A stretch of DNA of 63,926 nucleotides, filler included, from Octopus bimaculoides (taxonomy: Eukaryota), in the NCBI RefSeq assembly GCF_001194135.2. It is 6 parts of 6 records of this genome, joined end to end, with 100 filler letters (N's around TTAATTAATTAA, not from the genome) between each part and the next. Parts side by side here need not be neighbours in the genome. Positions count along the whole stretch, not along the records: positions 1 to 19,971 come from NC_068981.1; 5 more parts are not named here. The stretch is one strand, 5' to 3'. Shown in pieces: positions 1 to 12,339 of this stretch (the first letter of the stretch is position 1; every line of letters starts with the position of its first letter). Below the pieces are notes generated by a model that made no database searches, was not told the origin of the DNA, and saw only the letters and a program-made list of their open reading frames with translations. Made by a program: the position numbers and the translations under genes.

Positions 1-31
<31 letters not shown>

Positions 32-592
32 TTTCCAAAATGACATTCACATGTTTTCTTTTAATATAGCTATATTTTTAGTTTACTTACGTGTCCGTTC
101 AGATATCTATATTTCCAGACAATTTCCTGTTTTCCTTTTATAAATTATATCAGCGTAAGAGGAGGGATCAATTTAACATGTTATGATTTCTCTACTTTCA
201 TTTCTTTTATACTTGATATTACATTTTAACCCTTTTCCATATACATTTCTTTTCCCGCATATTTTTTTTTCCACAGATTAATCTATCCGTTACATTTATT
301 ATAATACATATTACACAATATATGTTTATTTATCTGTATGTATTACTAACTACATCGGTTTACACCAAATATAACTGACATAACTTTTTTCTCCAATAAT
401 TAACTGTCTAAAACCCCCAAAATGAGCCAGAAGATTCTTTAATAAAGAGGCAAAAGAAAGGACTAAAAGAAAAAAAAGAAAAACGAAGACATCCTATGGA
501 TGTTATACGTGTGTGTGTGTGTCTGTGTGTATGTATGTATTTGTATGTATATATATATATATATAAGTCTAAATCCACGCACAAATCCATGC

Positions 593-623
<31 letters not shown>

Positions 624-1415
624 NNNNNNNNNNNNNNNNNNNNNNNNNNNNNNNNNNNNNNNNNNNNNNNNNNNNNNNNNNNNNNNNNNNNNNNNNNNNN
701 NNNNNNNNNNNNNNNNNNNNNNNNNNNNNNNNNNNNNNNNNNNNNNNNNNNNNNNNNNNNNNNNNNNNNNNNNNNNNNNNNNNNNNNNNNNNNNNNNNNN
801 NNNNNNNNNNNNNNNNNNNNNNNNNNNNNNNNNNNNNNNNNNNNNNNNNNNNNNNNNNNNNNNNNNNNNNNNNNNNNNNNNNNNNNNNNNNNNNNNNNNN
901 NNNNNNNNNNNNNNNNNNNNNNNNNNNNNNNNNNNNNNNNNNNNNNNNNNNNNNNNNNNNNNNNNNNNNNNNNNNNNNNNNNNNNNNNNNNNNNNNNNNN
1001 NNNNNNNNNNNNNNNNNNNNNNNNNNNNNNNNNNNNNNNNNNNNNNNNNNNNNNNNNNNNNNNNNNNNNNNNNNNNNNNNNNNNNNNNNNNNNNNNNNNN
1101 NNNNNNNNNNNNNNNNNNNNNNNNNNNNNNNNNNNNNNNNNNNNNNNNNNNNNNNNNNNNNNNNNNNNNNNNNNNNNNNNNNNNNNNNNNNNNNNNNNNN
1201 NNNNNNNNNNNNNNNNNNNNNNNNNNNNNNNNNNNNNNNNNNNNNNNNNNNNNNNNNNNNNNNNNNNNNNNNNNNNNNNNNNNNNNNTATGTATATATAT
1301 ATATATATACATACATGTGAGCACGTGTGTGTACGTATGTGTGTGTGTGGGGGGGGGTCTAACTCTTTCTATCTAACTACGTATAAATAAGGTATACGTG
1401 CATATAATCCAGTTA

Positions 1416-1960
1416 TACGAGGCCTGATAAATAAGTATTCGGACTGCTGCTATAGTAACGAAGCTAAAGGACGTAGAGTAAAGCCATTTGACCTCTGCTG
1501 TGCATGAGCACTAAGTTTTAATTTTCTAGCTCAATTCTGCTGTGCTTGGAAGGATCGCGTGCACTGTGTGATCGTCGCATTGATCATGACAGAAAATTGT
1601 CTTCGCGATACCTGCTCAGAAGCCTACACAATTTGCAGAAAGTGTATGGAGAGGAGTGTATGAGCCGCACACAAGAGTACGAGTGGTTCAGACGTTTTCC
1701 AAGATGGCCAAGATGTCGATATTGGCGAACGTTCTGCGAGACCCGTAACCAGCTGAACTGAGAAATTCATCGCAGATGTACGTGCAGTTGTGAGGAGAAA
1801 TCGTTGAATCACAATCCGTGAACTATCAGAGGATGTGCAGATTAGTTGCGTTTCAGTTCAGTCCATTATCACTGATGATTTGGGTATGAGAAGCGTGTCT
1901 GTCAAGTTTGCACCAAAACTTCTTTCAGCTGACCAAAATGACACGGGTTTGAGTTGTACA
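1416..1960 (+). mobile_element. Mariner (Tc1/mariner) 5' fragment: TIR plus frameshifted transposase N-terminal HTH
   Basis: TA followed by mariner-like terminus CGAGGCCTGATAAATAAG at 1416. Across frameshifts it reads DTCSEAY..LQKVYGEECMSRTQEYEWFRRF and RRITIRELSEDVQISCVSVQSIITDDLGMRSVSVKFAPKLLSADQ, which is typical of mariner transposase N-termini. Confidence 0.85.
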
Positions 1961-1979
1961 ATGTCTCATTAATGGTGTC

Positions 1980-2190
1980 GAGAACGATAAAGTGTTTGAA
2001 ACCTTTGCGTAGGCCTCTGAGCAACTATCGCTAAGCNNNNNNNNNNGAGAACGATAAAAAGTGTTTGAAACCTTTGCGTAGGCCTCTGAGCAACTATCGC
2101 TAAGCCTTTGGCAAAATTTGATGCAGATTCTCTGCTCAGCTTTCTTTGTCATGGTCAATGCGACAATCACATGCAGCACACCTTCATTCA
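1980..2190 (-). mobile_element. Second, inverted 5' fragment of the same mariner family
   Basis: Minus strand reads MTKKAEQRICIKFCQRLSDSCSEAYAK. The DNA gtgattgtcgcattgaccatgaca aligns with gtgatcgtcgcattgatcatgaca at about 1568-1591. Confidence 0.8.
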
Positions 2191-2191
2191 T

Positions 2192-2270
2192 AGAGCTTTA
2201 GGTGTTTTCGCGCAATAGACACACAACACCCGGGCTGGGAATCGAAACTGGGCCATTGCGCCTCCACATA
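2192..2270 (-). mobile_element. SINE family C head with internal deletion
   Basis: Reverse complement matches the 5' end of the full copy at 27626 (ggaggcgcaatggcccagt...ttcgattcccag) but lacks about 37 bp between the A and B boxes. Confidence 0.7.
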
Positions 2271-2554
2271 GTCTATACATACGGAACTCAAAACATACAG
2301 ATCAAAACATGCAACAAGACATATCATTATGTGCGCACTGAGGGGTTATGCATCATGCTAAAAAAGAAACTGGAAGGCTCTAATTACCCAGACCAATTTG
2401 CTAAATAAAATGTTGCTTGAGCTATCTTAATTGTACCCATTTCTTCATAACAAGGAGCACTACGAGTTGTCTTGTGTAATCATTTAAGTGTGAAGTGTAG
2501 ATGATTCTCCAAGAAAGAATCAACCTGACTGAATGTGTATGTGTGTATGTGTGT

Positions 2555-3131
2555 GAGATTACCCAATCAATTGCATCTGAAATTCATGAGGCACCCATTT
2601 TCCAAGTTTAGGAACCTTTCCAAGTTGTTGAAGATGACGATGAACAGTTGTATGGTTTGAACTAAGCTTTGTTGCCAATTCTTCAACTGATAATGCAGGA
2701 TTTTCTTCAAGTAATGCCTCAAGGAGCTTATCATCAAACTCAGCTGGACGTCCTCTTCGATCTTCATCTTCAAGTCTAAAATCTCCACTTCTGAATTTTG
2801 CAAACCGTCTTCTGCAAGTTCTTTCATTCAAGCATTATTTCCCATAAAATGAGTGTATGTTTCGAGTCTCTTCGGCTGTAGAGTTTCCTTTTTTGTATTC
2901 ATAAAGCATTATGTGCCTTAAATGCTCTTTGAATACTTCCATGTTAGAAACGGTTTTTAGCAAATAAATTTTTATTCTAATATTCTGTAAAATAATATTT
3001 AATTAGTTTAAATGTACACAAATGCATAAAAAATAATTTTTAATTCCATGAGACATTCTAAACTACTATTAAATTTCATTCTATTTTAAAAAAAGGTAAA
3101 ATCGGACAGAACTTATGGGATGACCTGATAT
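2555..3131 (-). mobile_element. Mariner (Mos1/Hsmar-like) 5' fragment with TIR
   Basis: ORF 2559-2831 reads RRRFAKFRSGDFRLEDEDRRGRP...LGKVPKLGKWVPHE (WVPHEL motif). A mariner-like TIR TATCAGGTCATCCCATAAGTTCTGTCCG ends at 3130, next to TA repeats. Confidence 0.9.
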
Positions 3132-3139
3132 ATATATTA

Positions 3140-3295
3140 TTTTATTGTTTTACTTCCTTCAGTCATGTGACTGCGACCATGCTGGAGCACCGCCTTAAAC
3201 AGTTTTTTTAGTCGAAGAAATCGACCCCAAGATTTATTCTTTGTAAACCTGGTACTTATTGTATAGGTTCTTTTTGCTGAACTTCTAAGTTACAT
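3140..3295 (-). mobile_element. SINE family DA, 3' module
   Basis: cagtcatgtgactgcgaccatgctggagcaccgcctt...atcgacccc...ggtacttatt matches the copies at 23175 and 34915. Confidence 0.8.
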
Positions 3296-3316
3296 ATATA
3301 TGTGTATGTATGTATG

Positions 3317-3623
3317 TTGTATAAAGAATCGTGGGTAAGGCCAAAACAACGCGAAATCAAGGTAAATCACAAGAAAACAAATATGTGAATTAATGTAGAA
3401 TTACTTTGTATTCAATATTTCGGGGTCATGACCCAATTTTCAAGAAATTGACGATTATTGCCGATGTGCGCACATCGGCGACAATTACCAATTTCTTGAA
3501 AATGGGGTCGTAACCCCGAAATATTGAATACAAGGTAAGTCTACGTTAATTCACATATTTGTTTTCTTGTGATTCACCTTGCATTTCGCATTGTTTTGGC
3601 CTTACCCACGATCCTTTATGCAA
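3317..3623. repeat. ~307-bp near-perfect loopless palindrome (foldback; possible Penelope pLTR derivative)
   Basis: Perfect 20-bp centre gccgatgtgcgcacatcggc (3460-3479). Arms remain complementary out to ttgtataaagaatc (3317) and gatcctttatgcaa (3623) with scattered mismatches. Confidence 0.95.
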
Positions 3624-5323
3624 TATACTCTACGCAATACTTCATAGTAATTATTCTANNNNNNNNNNNNNNNNNNNNNNNNNNNNNNNNNNNNNNNNNN
3701 NNNNNNNNNNNNNNNNNNNNNNNNNNNNNNNNNNNNNNNNNNNNNNNNNNNNNNNNNNNNNNNNNNNNNNNNNNNNNNNNNNNNNNNNNNNNNNNNNNNN
3801 NNNNNNNNNNNNNNNNNNNNNNNNNNNNNNNNNNNNNNNNNNNNNNNNNNNNNNNNNNNNNNNNNNNNNNNNNNNNNNNNNNNNNNNNNNNNNNNNNNNN
3901 NNNNNNNNNNNNNNNNNNNNNNNNNNNNNNNNNNNNNNNNNNNNNNNNNNNNNNNNNNNNNNNNNNNNNNNNNNNNNNNNNNNNNNNNNNNNNNNNNNNN
4001 NNNNNNNNNNNNNNNNNNNNNNNNNNNNNNNNNNNNNNNNNNNNNNNNNNNNNNNNNNNNNNNNNNNNNNNNNNNNNNNNNNNNNNNNNNNNNNNNNNNN
4101 NNNNNNNNNNNNNNNNNNNNNNNNNNNNNNNNNNNNNNNNNNNNNNNNNNNNNNNNNNNNNNNNNNNNNNNNNNNNNNNNNNNNNNNNNNNNNNNNNNNN
4201 NNNNNNNNNNNNNNNNNNNNNNNNNNNNNNNNNNNNNNNNNNNNNNNNNNNNNNNNNNNNNNNNNNNNNNNNNNNNNNNNNNNNNNNNNNNNNNNNNNNN
4301 NNNNNNNNNNNNNNNNNNNNNNNNNNNNNNNNNNNNNNNNNNNNNNNNNNNNNNNNNNNNNNNNNNNNNNNNNNNNNNNNNNNNNNNNNNNNNNNNNNNN
4401 NNNNNNNNNNNNNNNNNNNNNNNNNNNNNNNNNNNNNNNNNNNNTGCATATGTATATATGCATATATGTGCGAGTGTAGATACATAGATACATAGAGAAA
4501 CAGTTAGACAAACACACACCTATATATATATATATATTTTTTTTTTTGAGTGGTGTAGGTAAAATCCAGGTTGCATAGGTTTCCTGGCTAGCAGTAATAA
4601 TTACTCCACGAGGGCTACACCACTAACTACTCATAGGACCGAAGATACATTAGCTATATAAATGTTACACTGCCGTTAAGGAATTGCAAGTTAACTCGCT
4701 GGAGATATAATTTGAAATGAGTGGTGAAGTTGGAAGAATGGATTTAAAAATGTAGAAAAACATATGCATAAACAAATAAGATAATCGGTAAGAGAAAAGA
4801 GGAAAGAAGTAAGAAATTTGAGAGCGGGCAATTGTCTAAAGCTGTTAAGAATAAAGGAAAGCAGTGCGTTGGGGGAAGAAGGGGGAATTTAGGCTAGATT
4901 GATGCTGACATTAGGTGATGGTTGTTGTGAATATTAAACTGAGATCACTTTGATATGTCAATGGTAAATAAATACATTCATACAGAATAAAAAGAAATGA
5001 AGTTTTAGAAGTGAAATGGTCAAGAATTAGAAGAAAAGGAAGAGAAAAAGTTATATATATGTGTGTATGAGTATATTTAATCTTCGATTACTATCACAAA
5101 CAGCAGTTGCTTTCTTCATCTGAATACCGGTCGTTGATTGGTTGAAATTACCCATATACGACAAATTTAACACGAAATAACTTCTAAAATACCAAATCTT
5201 GTCAAACATGTTCAAAGTAAACCGTGTTCTGCGTGAGAATACGAAGTGCACAAAGTTTCAAACTGTTTAGTTAAAAAGAATTATTTTTAAAGCCTAGTAC
5301 TTATTCTATCGGTCTCCACACTT

Positions 5324-5367
<44 letters not shown>

Positions 5368-5394
5368 AATATACACACATATACATATCTTAGT

Positions 5395-5408
5395 ATGTGT
5401 GTGTGTGT

Positions 5409-5446
<38 letters not shown>

Positions 5447-5660
5447 AGGTCTTAGTGCCTGAGTTTGTCACCCCATCTTCGCTTAACAACCGGTGTTGGT
5501 ATGTTTACTTCGCCGTAAATCAGTTGTTCTTCAAAGGTGGCCGATGGAATAAGTTCTAGGCTTTAAAATAAGTCTTCATCGATTTGTTCGACTAAAGCTC
5601 TTCAAGGCGATGCCCCAGCTTGGCCGCAGTCATATGACTGAACAATAATAAAACGAATAA
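5395..5660 (+). mobile_element. SINE family DA: (GT)n plus 3' module
   Basis: (GT)n runs into gtttgtcacccc...cgcttaacaaccggtgttgg...atcgatttgttcgactaaag...ggccgcagtcatatgactgaac. Confidence 0.8.
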
Positions 5661-5744
5661 CATGAATACATGCACATGTGCACGAATATAAGATATAGAG
5701 AACTCATATCAGTATGTGTATATATATGTATATGCAGAGAGTCA

Positions 5745-5910
<166 letters not shown>

Positions 5911-6590
5911 TTTATACAGAAGTGGGCTAAAAGAGGTTTACAATTTTGAAAAGAAGAAAACACGTTCTATAATTTTTTTTTATTAGAAAACATTAAAATT
6001 TACCCTCGTCTTTTTTTTAATGTCTTGAATGTCATTAATCATCGTAATACATTTATCATAACTATAATAATACTTTTATCGTAACTTTTAATTTTTTTGA
6101 TTAAAATAGCGTAGTACGTGTTTTCTCTTTTCATAACTGCATACATATTTTTACATCGCTTCTGTATATGTATTAGAAAAGAAGGAAATCTCGAACACAG
6201 GAGAGTAGTTGAGGAAACACCTTAGAGAATCGGGTAAAATATTCTTTTAGACGGGAAAAAAGCGAGTAGCAATCCGATAAGGTGAAAGGAATTCTGTACA
6301 TGTACACATATCAGGTTGAAACTTTGACGTCACTGTGAATAATATTCTTGTTTATGAAATAATAAATATGAATAATTTCACACACACACACACACACACA
6401 CAAATTCAGTCAGCAGAAAATTACAAAAGAGTTTCAAGGTCTGAGAGTTTCATTCATGTTTAATATGTTCCTTCCACGAAAATCTCAGTTTCCGAGTCAC
6501 ATTTGTCATTTTCTGACTATTAAAAATACTTTAAAACATGTACGCATGTGTATGATGCATGCACACGGATACATACATATACATATGCAT

Positions 6591-6636
<46 letters not shown>

Positions 6637-6659
6637 CATGTTGTGACCCCTTGTAATAC

Positions 6660-7200
6660 TACATGCCCTTATTATGTACTTGAACTCAGTCCACTCTGAC
6701 TTGGAAGTTTCTACTACTGTCCTACTATTCACCAAATCATAAAGTCTTGTTATCCTGCAATGTAAAGAGTTACATCAACTTATTTTTTTCATCATACACA
6801 TACTTCCTTTTTTCCCAATCTTAGTAAATCTCGGTAGATTTAGTAGATGTACAATATATTTGGTGATCTAAAGCATTTTGTATAATTCAAGTTCGCACGT
6901 AACATCAGAATTCGAAACATCTTGATGAAATTTCCACGCAATCTTCTCATCTTGCATGTCACCAGGTTAGTATTCATTTGTCATTTCAACATAGTTCAAT
7001 TTACTTAAGCTATTCATCATTCTTTGGTGTCATGCTTTATGTAAAGTCCATTTCGTCTATGTCTCCCAGCAGATGTGAACTCCTGGCTTGCCTGTAGTGT
7101 ATGGCGTGTATTGTGACTGAATACTTATTATCATAGAATAACGAGGATTTCTTGCAGATACATGCAGCTAACAGAATGATTCTCGTTCTCCAAGAGCTTA
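6660..7200 (-). mobile_element. Possible ancient R4/Dong-like reverse transcriptase relic
   Basis: Minus strand gives scattered YTTGKPG, SHLLGDIDEMD and PKNDE*LK, resembling the HLLYMDDLKLYAKNDEQL region of R4-clade RTs. Heavily degenerate. Confidence 0.3.
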
Positions 7201-8059
7201 CTCTTTATGAAATATTGAAAAACATATGAAAATGTACATGGTATATATTTCTGTTTAAGTTGGGACAAACCCCTTTATTTTCTATATCAAGAAATGTTTG
7301 TCAATTTTTAAAAATGAATTAGCAATGAAACAGTCCATGAGTGAGGTTCAATCTTGTCGCTGGACTTGCAAGAAACAATAGTCAAATTTCTTTAAAATCA
7401 AGCAATCCGTCTCTAATAAAGTAAACATAAACAGTGTAGCCTACTACTTCTATAATAATGGTGGTGTAGTCATAGCTGGAAAGTTTCCGATCATAAGACT
7501 ATCTATCTGAGTTGTCCGAGAGCCAGATGACAGCAATAGCTAGATATTCAGATATTTTCAAAAACGTTCGCTAGAATAAACTGGACGAGGTTGTGGCCAT
7601 GGAAAGAGCTCCAATATCAAGTTAATCGGTGCATTTGATGTCCTAGATAAGTAGCTGCGAATCGATACCTCCAAGAAATAACACAAGCAACAAGGAGTGT
7701 AATTGTTCTATATTAATGTTATTTCTATTAACTTTGGCGCTCGAGGACTTACGAACAAATTGAGAAAATTGCTTAATAAGGAATTTGGATATAGACACAA
7801 CACGTCTGACGAAAGAAGGGATGGGTGTATTAGCTGGTCTTTGAGGTATATGAATTTTGGTATTTGGATGTCTGATATTTATTTTAAGGTGTTATAGATA
7901 TTATTTGAAGGTTATGATATTCGATTCTTATTTAGTTAGTTTCGGAATAATGTTGAATTGATTAGAAAGAGCTGAAATGAAAAGAAATTACTTATGTATA
8001 AGCAGTCTGATTTTTGAAAGCTATACGTATGTGTTTGTGTATGTATGTTTATGTAGACA

Positions 8060-8280
8060 TGGTTAGGGTTTTGCAACCATGATCGTAAGACGGCAATTTC
8101 GTTTTCTGACTAGGAAGATGCGTTGAGTTCTTGGGCAAAACATCTAATTTCACTCAGCAGGCAAAAATGAATAATCTTGCAGTGGACTGGCGTCACGTCC
8201 AGGGTGATGAGTATGTATACCCCACAGAAAGCAGGAAACCGCTCTTATGGGCCCATGGCTCTGGAGGGACCTTTGATCGT
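8060..8280 (+). mobile_element. Diverged tRNA-headed SINE with V-domain-like core
   Basis: Degenerate tRNA head, then cactcagcaggcaaaaatgaata and tgcagtggactggcgtcacgtccaggg...gaaagcaggaaaccgctcttatgggcccatggctc. This resembles the V-SINE domain (GATGGACTGGCRTCCCGTCCAGGG) as recalled. Confidence 0.55.
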
Positions 8281-8994
8281 TCTTCTGACATACACACACA
8301 TATGTGCGTGTGTAGAACGGGGTCTTAGTCAACCACACAAGTATACAGTTTCTTGTTTTTATGGCTCGTATTTTATATATACAAAAGATATTTGTTAACA
8401 TCCGTATACTACAACGGAAAAAGAAATAACAAAAGAAAACAATGACATAAAAAGAAAAATATTTATTGTTTATTCGCAAAGAAGATGGTAGATTCAATCT
8501 TATTTTCTTGTAAGGAATTTACGAAAGCTATGGAAATTATATACGGAGCTAAACAGAACTGTAATCCTCGGTTTAGTAGTTGCTAAAGCAAAATCAGTTA
8601 ATAATACAATTATTTTCTTATTTAATCTCAAAATATAACGTTACAGCATCATATTATTTTCTCCATTTTTTCTTCCATGTTACGAGGCGGTTTCTCGGTT
8701 GTTTTCTTGGATAGCTACGATAACTATTCAAAGCGCGGTTTCTTATTCTTTACTACTTTTTATATTTTGCTAATTTGCATGACAAAAAATGATTAAAAAA
8801 ATAATGTGAATATTTCAGCAAAGTAATTTTGTACAAGGACACAATATAGAATGGATGTAGATTTACTTACAATAATATTGAATTCATTTGCCAATCTTCT
8901 ACATTTGGATATATGTTTGTATGTAAATATATATATTGAGCATGTGTATAAACATATGTATATATTATAAATACATTTAGAAAATACAATATAG

Positions 8995-9035
<41 letters not shown>

Positions 9036-9687
9036 GTATACTTAAATATATATGTATATATATACATATATACAAGTATGTAGGTGTACATAATATATAT
9101 ANNNNNNNNNNNNNNNNNNNNNNNNNNNNNNNNNNNNNNNNNNNNNNNNNNNNNNNNNNNNNNNNNNNNNNNNNNNNNNNNNNNNNNNNNNNNNNNNNNN
9201 NNNNNNNNNNNNNNNNNNNNNNNNNNNNNNNNNNNNNNNNNNNNNNNNNNNNNNNNNNNNNNNNNNNNNNNNNNNNNNNNNNNNNNNNNNNNNNNNNNNN
9301 NNNNNNNNNNNNNNNNNNNNNNNNNNNNNNNNNNNNNNNNNNNNNNNNNNNNNNNNNNNNNNNNNNNNNNNNNNNNNNNNNNNNNNNNNNNNNNNNNNNN
9401 NNNNNNNNNNNNNNNNNNNNNNNNNNNNNNNNNNNNNNNNNNNNNNNNNNNNNNNNNNNNNNNNNNNNNNNNNNNNNNNNNNNNNNNNNNNNNNNNNNNN
9501 NNNNNNNNNNNNNNNNNNNNNNNNNNNNNNNNNNNNNNNNNNNNNNNNNNNNNNNNNNNNNNNNNNNNNNNNNNNNNNNNNNNNNNNNNNNNNNNNNNNN
9601 NNNNNNNNNNNNNNNNNNNNNNNNNNNNNNNNNNNNNNNNNNNNNNNNNNNNNNNNNNNNNNNNNNNNNNNNNNNNNNNNNNNNNNN

Positions 9688-9724
<37 letters not shown>

Positions 9725-9739
9725 AATATGTTTGTACAT

Positions 9740-10065
9740 TTTTATACATTGGGAGAGACTGAAAAGATTAAGGCTCAACTCCCTAGAACGAAGGAGAGAA
9801 AGGTATGCATTGATAGATGTCTGGAAAATACTGGAAGGATCTGTACCAAAATTTGGTATTTAAAGTCACACAAGCAGCACCACGGGGCACCACTCCATAG
9901 TGCCAAACATCCCAAATTGGTCACCAGGATACGGGGCAGATACTAGAAAAGTTTGGGCTTCAAGAGCCCACAACTCTTCGATATCCTCTCCAAAATGCTG
10001 ACAGAACTACACGCGGTGGATATAGGTGTCTTCAGAATAAACTGGATTTTCATACGCTCACATAC
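9740..10065 (+). mobile_element. CR1-like LINE ORF2 3' fragment
   Basis: HWERLKRLRLNSLERRRERYALIDVWKILEGSVPKFGI, then [28 protein letters not shown], a CR1/L2-type C-terminus with stops and frameshifts. Confidence 0.85.
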
Positions 10066-10193
10066 GTCCATTAATCCACCCATCCATCCATCCCTCCATC
10101 CATCCATCCATCCATCCATCCATCCATACACACATACATACATACATACATACATACATGGAAACACACACAACCACACATATATACATAATT

Positions 10194-10233
<40 letters not shown>

Positions 10234-10391
10234 TAATAATTAAGTGTACTGACAAGCGGTACCTGCATGCTGACATTGTAGTCAAAATGACCAAACCACA
10301 AGTTCTCAATTAAGCATAAAGGTGAAAGCGGGCAAAGGAATAAAAACCCTAAGACCCCATACTAACGGCGAAAATAATCGAAAATTGAAAA

Positions 10392-10469
10392 AGTCAGACA
10401 TACTGGTATCACTGTGATTTCGAACTTTGAGAAATACTCTTAGTTCATCCTCAGCGGGGCTTACTGACC
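10392..10469 (-). ncRNA. Type I hammerhead-ribozyme-like motif (Penelope-type, degenerate stem I)
   Basis: Minus strand: ggucag-uaagcccc-g CUGAGGA u GAACU-aagaguauuucucaa-AGUUC GAAA UCAC-A-GUGA UA^ c-caguaugu-cugacu. Core, stem II and palindromic stem III are intact; proximal stem I has only 1 bp. Confidence 0.5.
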
Positions 10470-10750
10470 GTTTTTAAAGCCGCAGCAAATTTTAAAAGTA
10501 ATCGAAGTGAATAAAAATTATTTTAATATATATGAGGATATTATTGTTTATAAGGATATCAGTGGCTTAGCATGCGTAAAAAACGCACCCATAAATTCTG
10601 TTAGCATGCCGGTATCGCCATGCACTACCCTTAACTATTAATTGATTTGTGAGGGAAACAAGAGAAGTGACAATGTTACAAAGTACAAACTCTCTACGAA
10701 AGAAGCACTAGTTCTAGTGAATAGTGCAGGGTCTGTGTTGGGCACATGTG

Positions 10751-10789
<39 letters not shown>

Positions 10790-10799
10790 NNNNNNNNNN

Positions 10800-10836
<37 letters not shown>

Positions 10837-11059
10837 TGAATATTATGTGAATACCTGAATGAAGAGAGCATGATAACATTAAACAGCGAGCGATATTAGC
10901 CGTTATAGTAGTGACAGAAAAGGTGAAAAGAGAAAACAGCGAACCTGAGGGCCGGTGATTTTATCGTGTCTATGAATAAGTTTATGCCAGTCAGCCTTTT
11001 GGTTTGATGAAGATTAGGTGAAGAATGATGTGTATGCAGCATGAGCAACATCCCAGATA

Positions 11060-11200
11060 TTCTTTCTAATATTTGAAATGTTTTGAGAGTTGTTTACTTC
11101 GACCCCAATGCTAAACTTCGAAAAGATGAAAGCTGACCTCGGTGAGAATTGAATTCAGAATGTAAGGAGCAGGAAGAAATATTGTAGAGCATTTCTTCCG
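11060..11200 (-). mobile_element. Diverged SINE family B copy
   Basis: tcgacccc...gaaaagatgaaagctgacctcgg...attgaattcagaatgtaag matches the reverse complement of the family B core. Confidence 0.6.
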
Positions 11201-11913
11201 AAACAAAATATTTGGGTAGCTCGGCGCCTTAGCAACGTCGCAAATATGATAGCAATACTCGAATGTGAACATCACATGAGCTTTGTAGAGCGTAGATAGA
11301 TTTTGAGAGAAATATCTCTTGCTCCAAGTGAAGAACCAGTTTTGCGGGGATTCGATCCTAGCTATGCAAGAAGCCTAATAATTCAGTTGTTGTTTGGGTT
11401 ATTGATTAACGGTGTGGTGTGCAGTGTGATGAGATTTGCTTGATATGAGTCGCGTTAGCGTTTTATTCTTAAACCGGACAAGATTTCAAATATCCTTGGA
11501 GGATTATTTCGAAGTCTCTAAGTGCGGCTTTGGCATGCAGTTTGTGGCTACGAGTGTATGATGCAGTTTGTATAATGCATGATAGAGACGATATTAGACG
11601 TCGCAGCAAGTAAATTAGTGATGAATAAAAAAAATCGGTGAAAAAACTGAAACCTAGGATATGAGAGAATAAGGACTAGAAAGAGATCAATGAATATTTC
11701 GGCGTTGTGTGATCTAATATGACGCTACCCATCCATTATAAAGGGGTAGTTAGAGCCTCGCCAGTGGGGAGTTTTAACAGGAGATTCGTATGCCAGACAC
11801 GAGGGAAAAGCTTTGACGACATTGCTTAAGATATCTGTCTCCAAGGCAGGCGTTAACTAGTAATTGATGTGGGTAAGTGAATTATCAGTTGTTCTGACTT
11901 TACGGAAACCATG

Positions 11914-11956
<43 letters not shown>

Positions 11957-12339
11957 GGGAGAGAGAGAGAAAGAGAGAGAGAGAGAGCGAGAGAGAGAGA
12001 GAGAGAGCATACTCATTATACAACTTTTTCTGTAGTAACATACATTATTGAAGTTGTACTCAATACAAAGACGAGTAATTTTGAACATTTTGGTACTGAA
12101 ATCAATACTAGAAGACTAAATATATTTCTGGGTAAAATGTAGAATAAAACATTGTAGAAAATGTTTTTTTTTTTTTAGAAACATTCCAATTCTCAAAAAA
12201 AAAAATCAGACGCAGAGCATGAAGTAAAGGTGTGTAAAATATCAAGGTGAACAGCGATATAATTGGAGAGGACGAGCGAGAGAGTGGGATAAAAAGAAAG
12301 AGAATTGTGTAGGATTTTGAGATAGTAAACAAAATGCTA

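Noticed and set aside
5985-6010. Mariner TIR remnant (aaaatttaccctcgt), and a similar one near 29250
   Set aside because: Too short, with no partner TIR or transposase sequence.
6325-6332. Perfect CRE site TGACGTCA
   Set aside because: A single 8-mer is expected by chance in 64 kb, and there is no supporting motif cluster.
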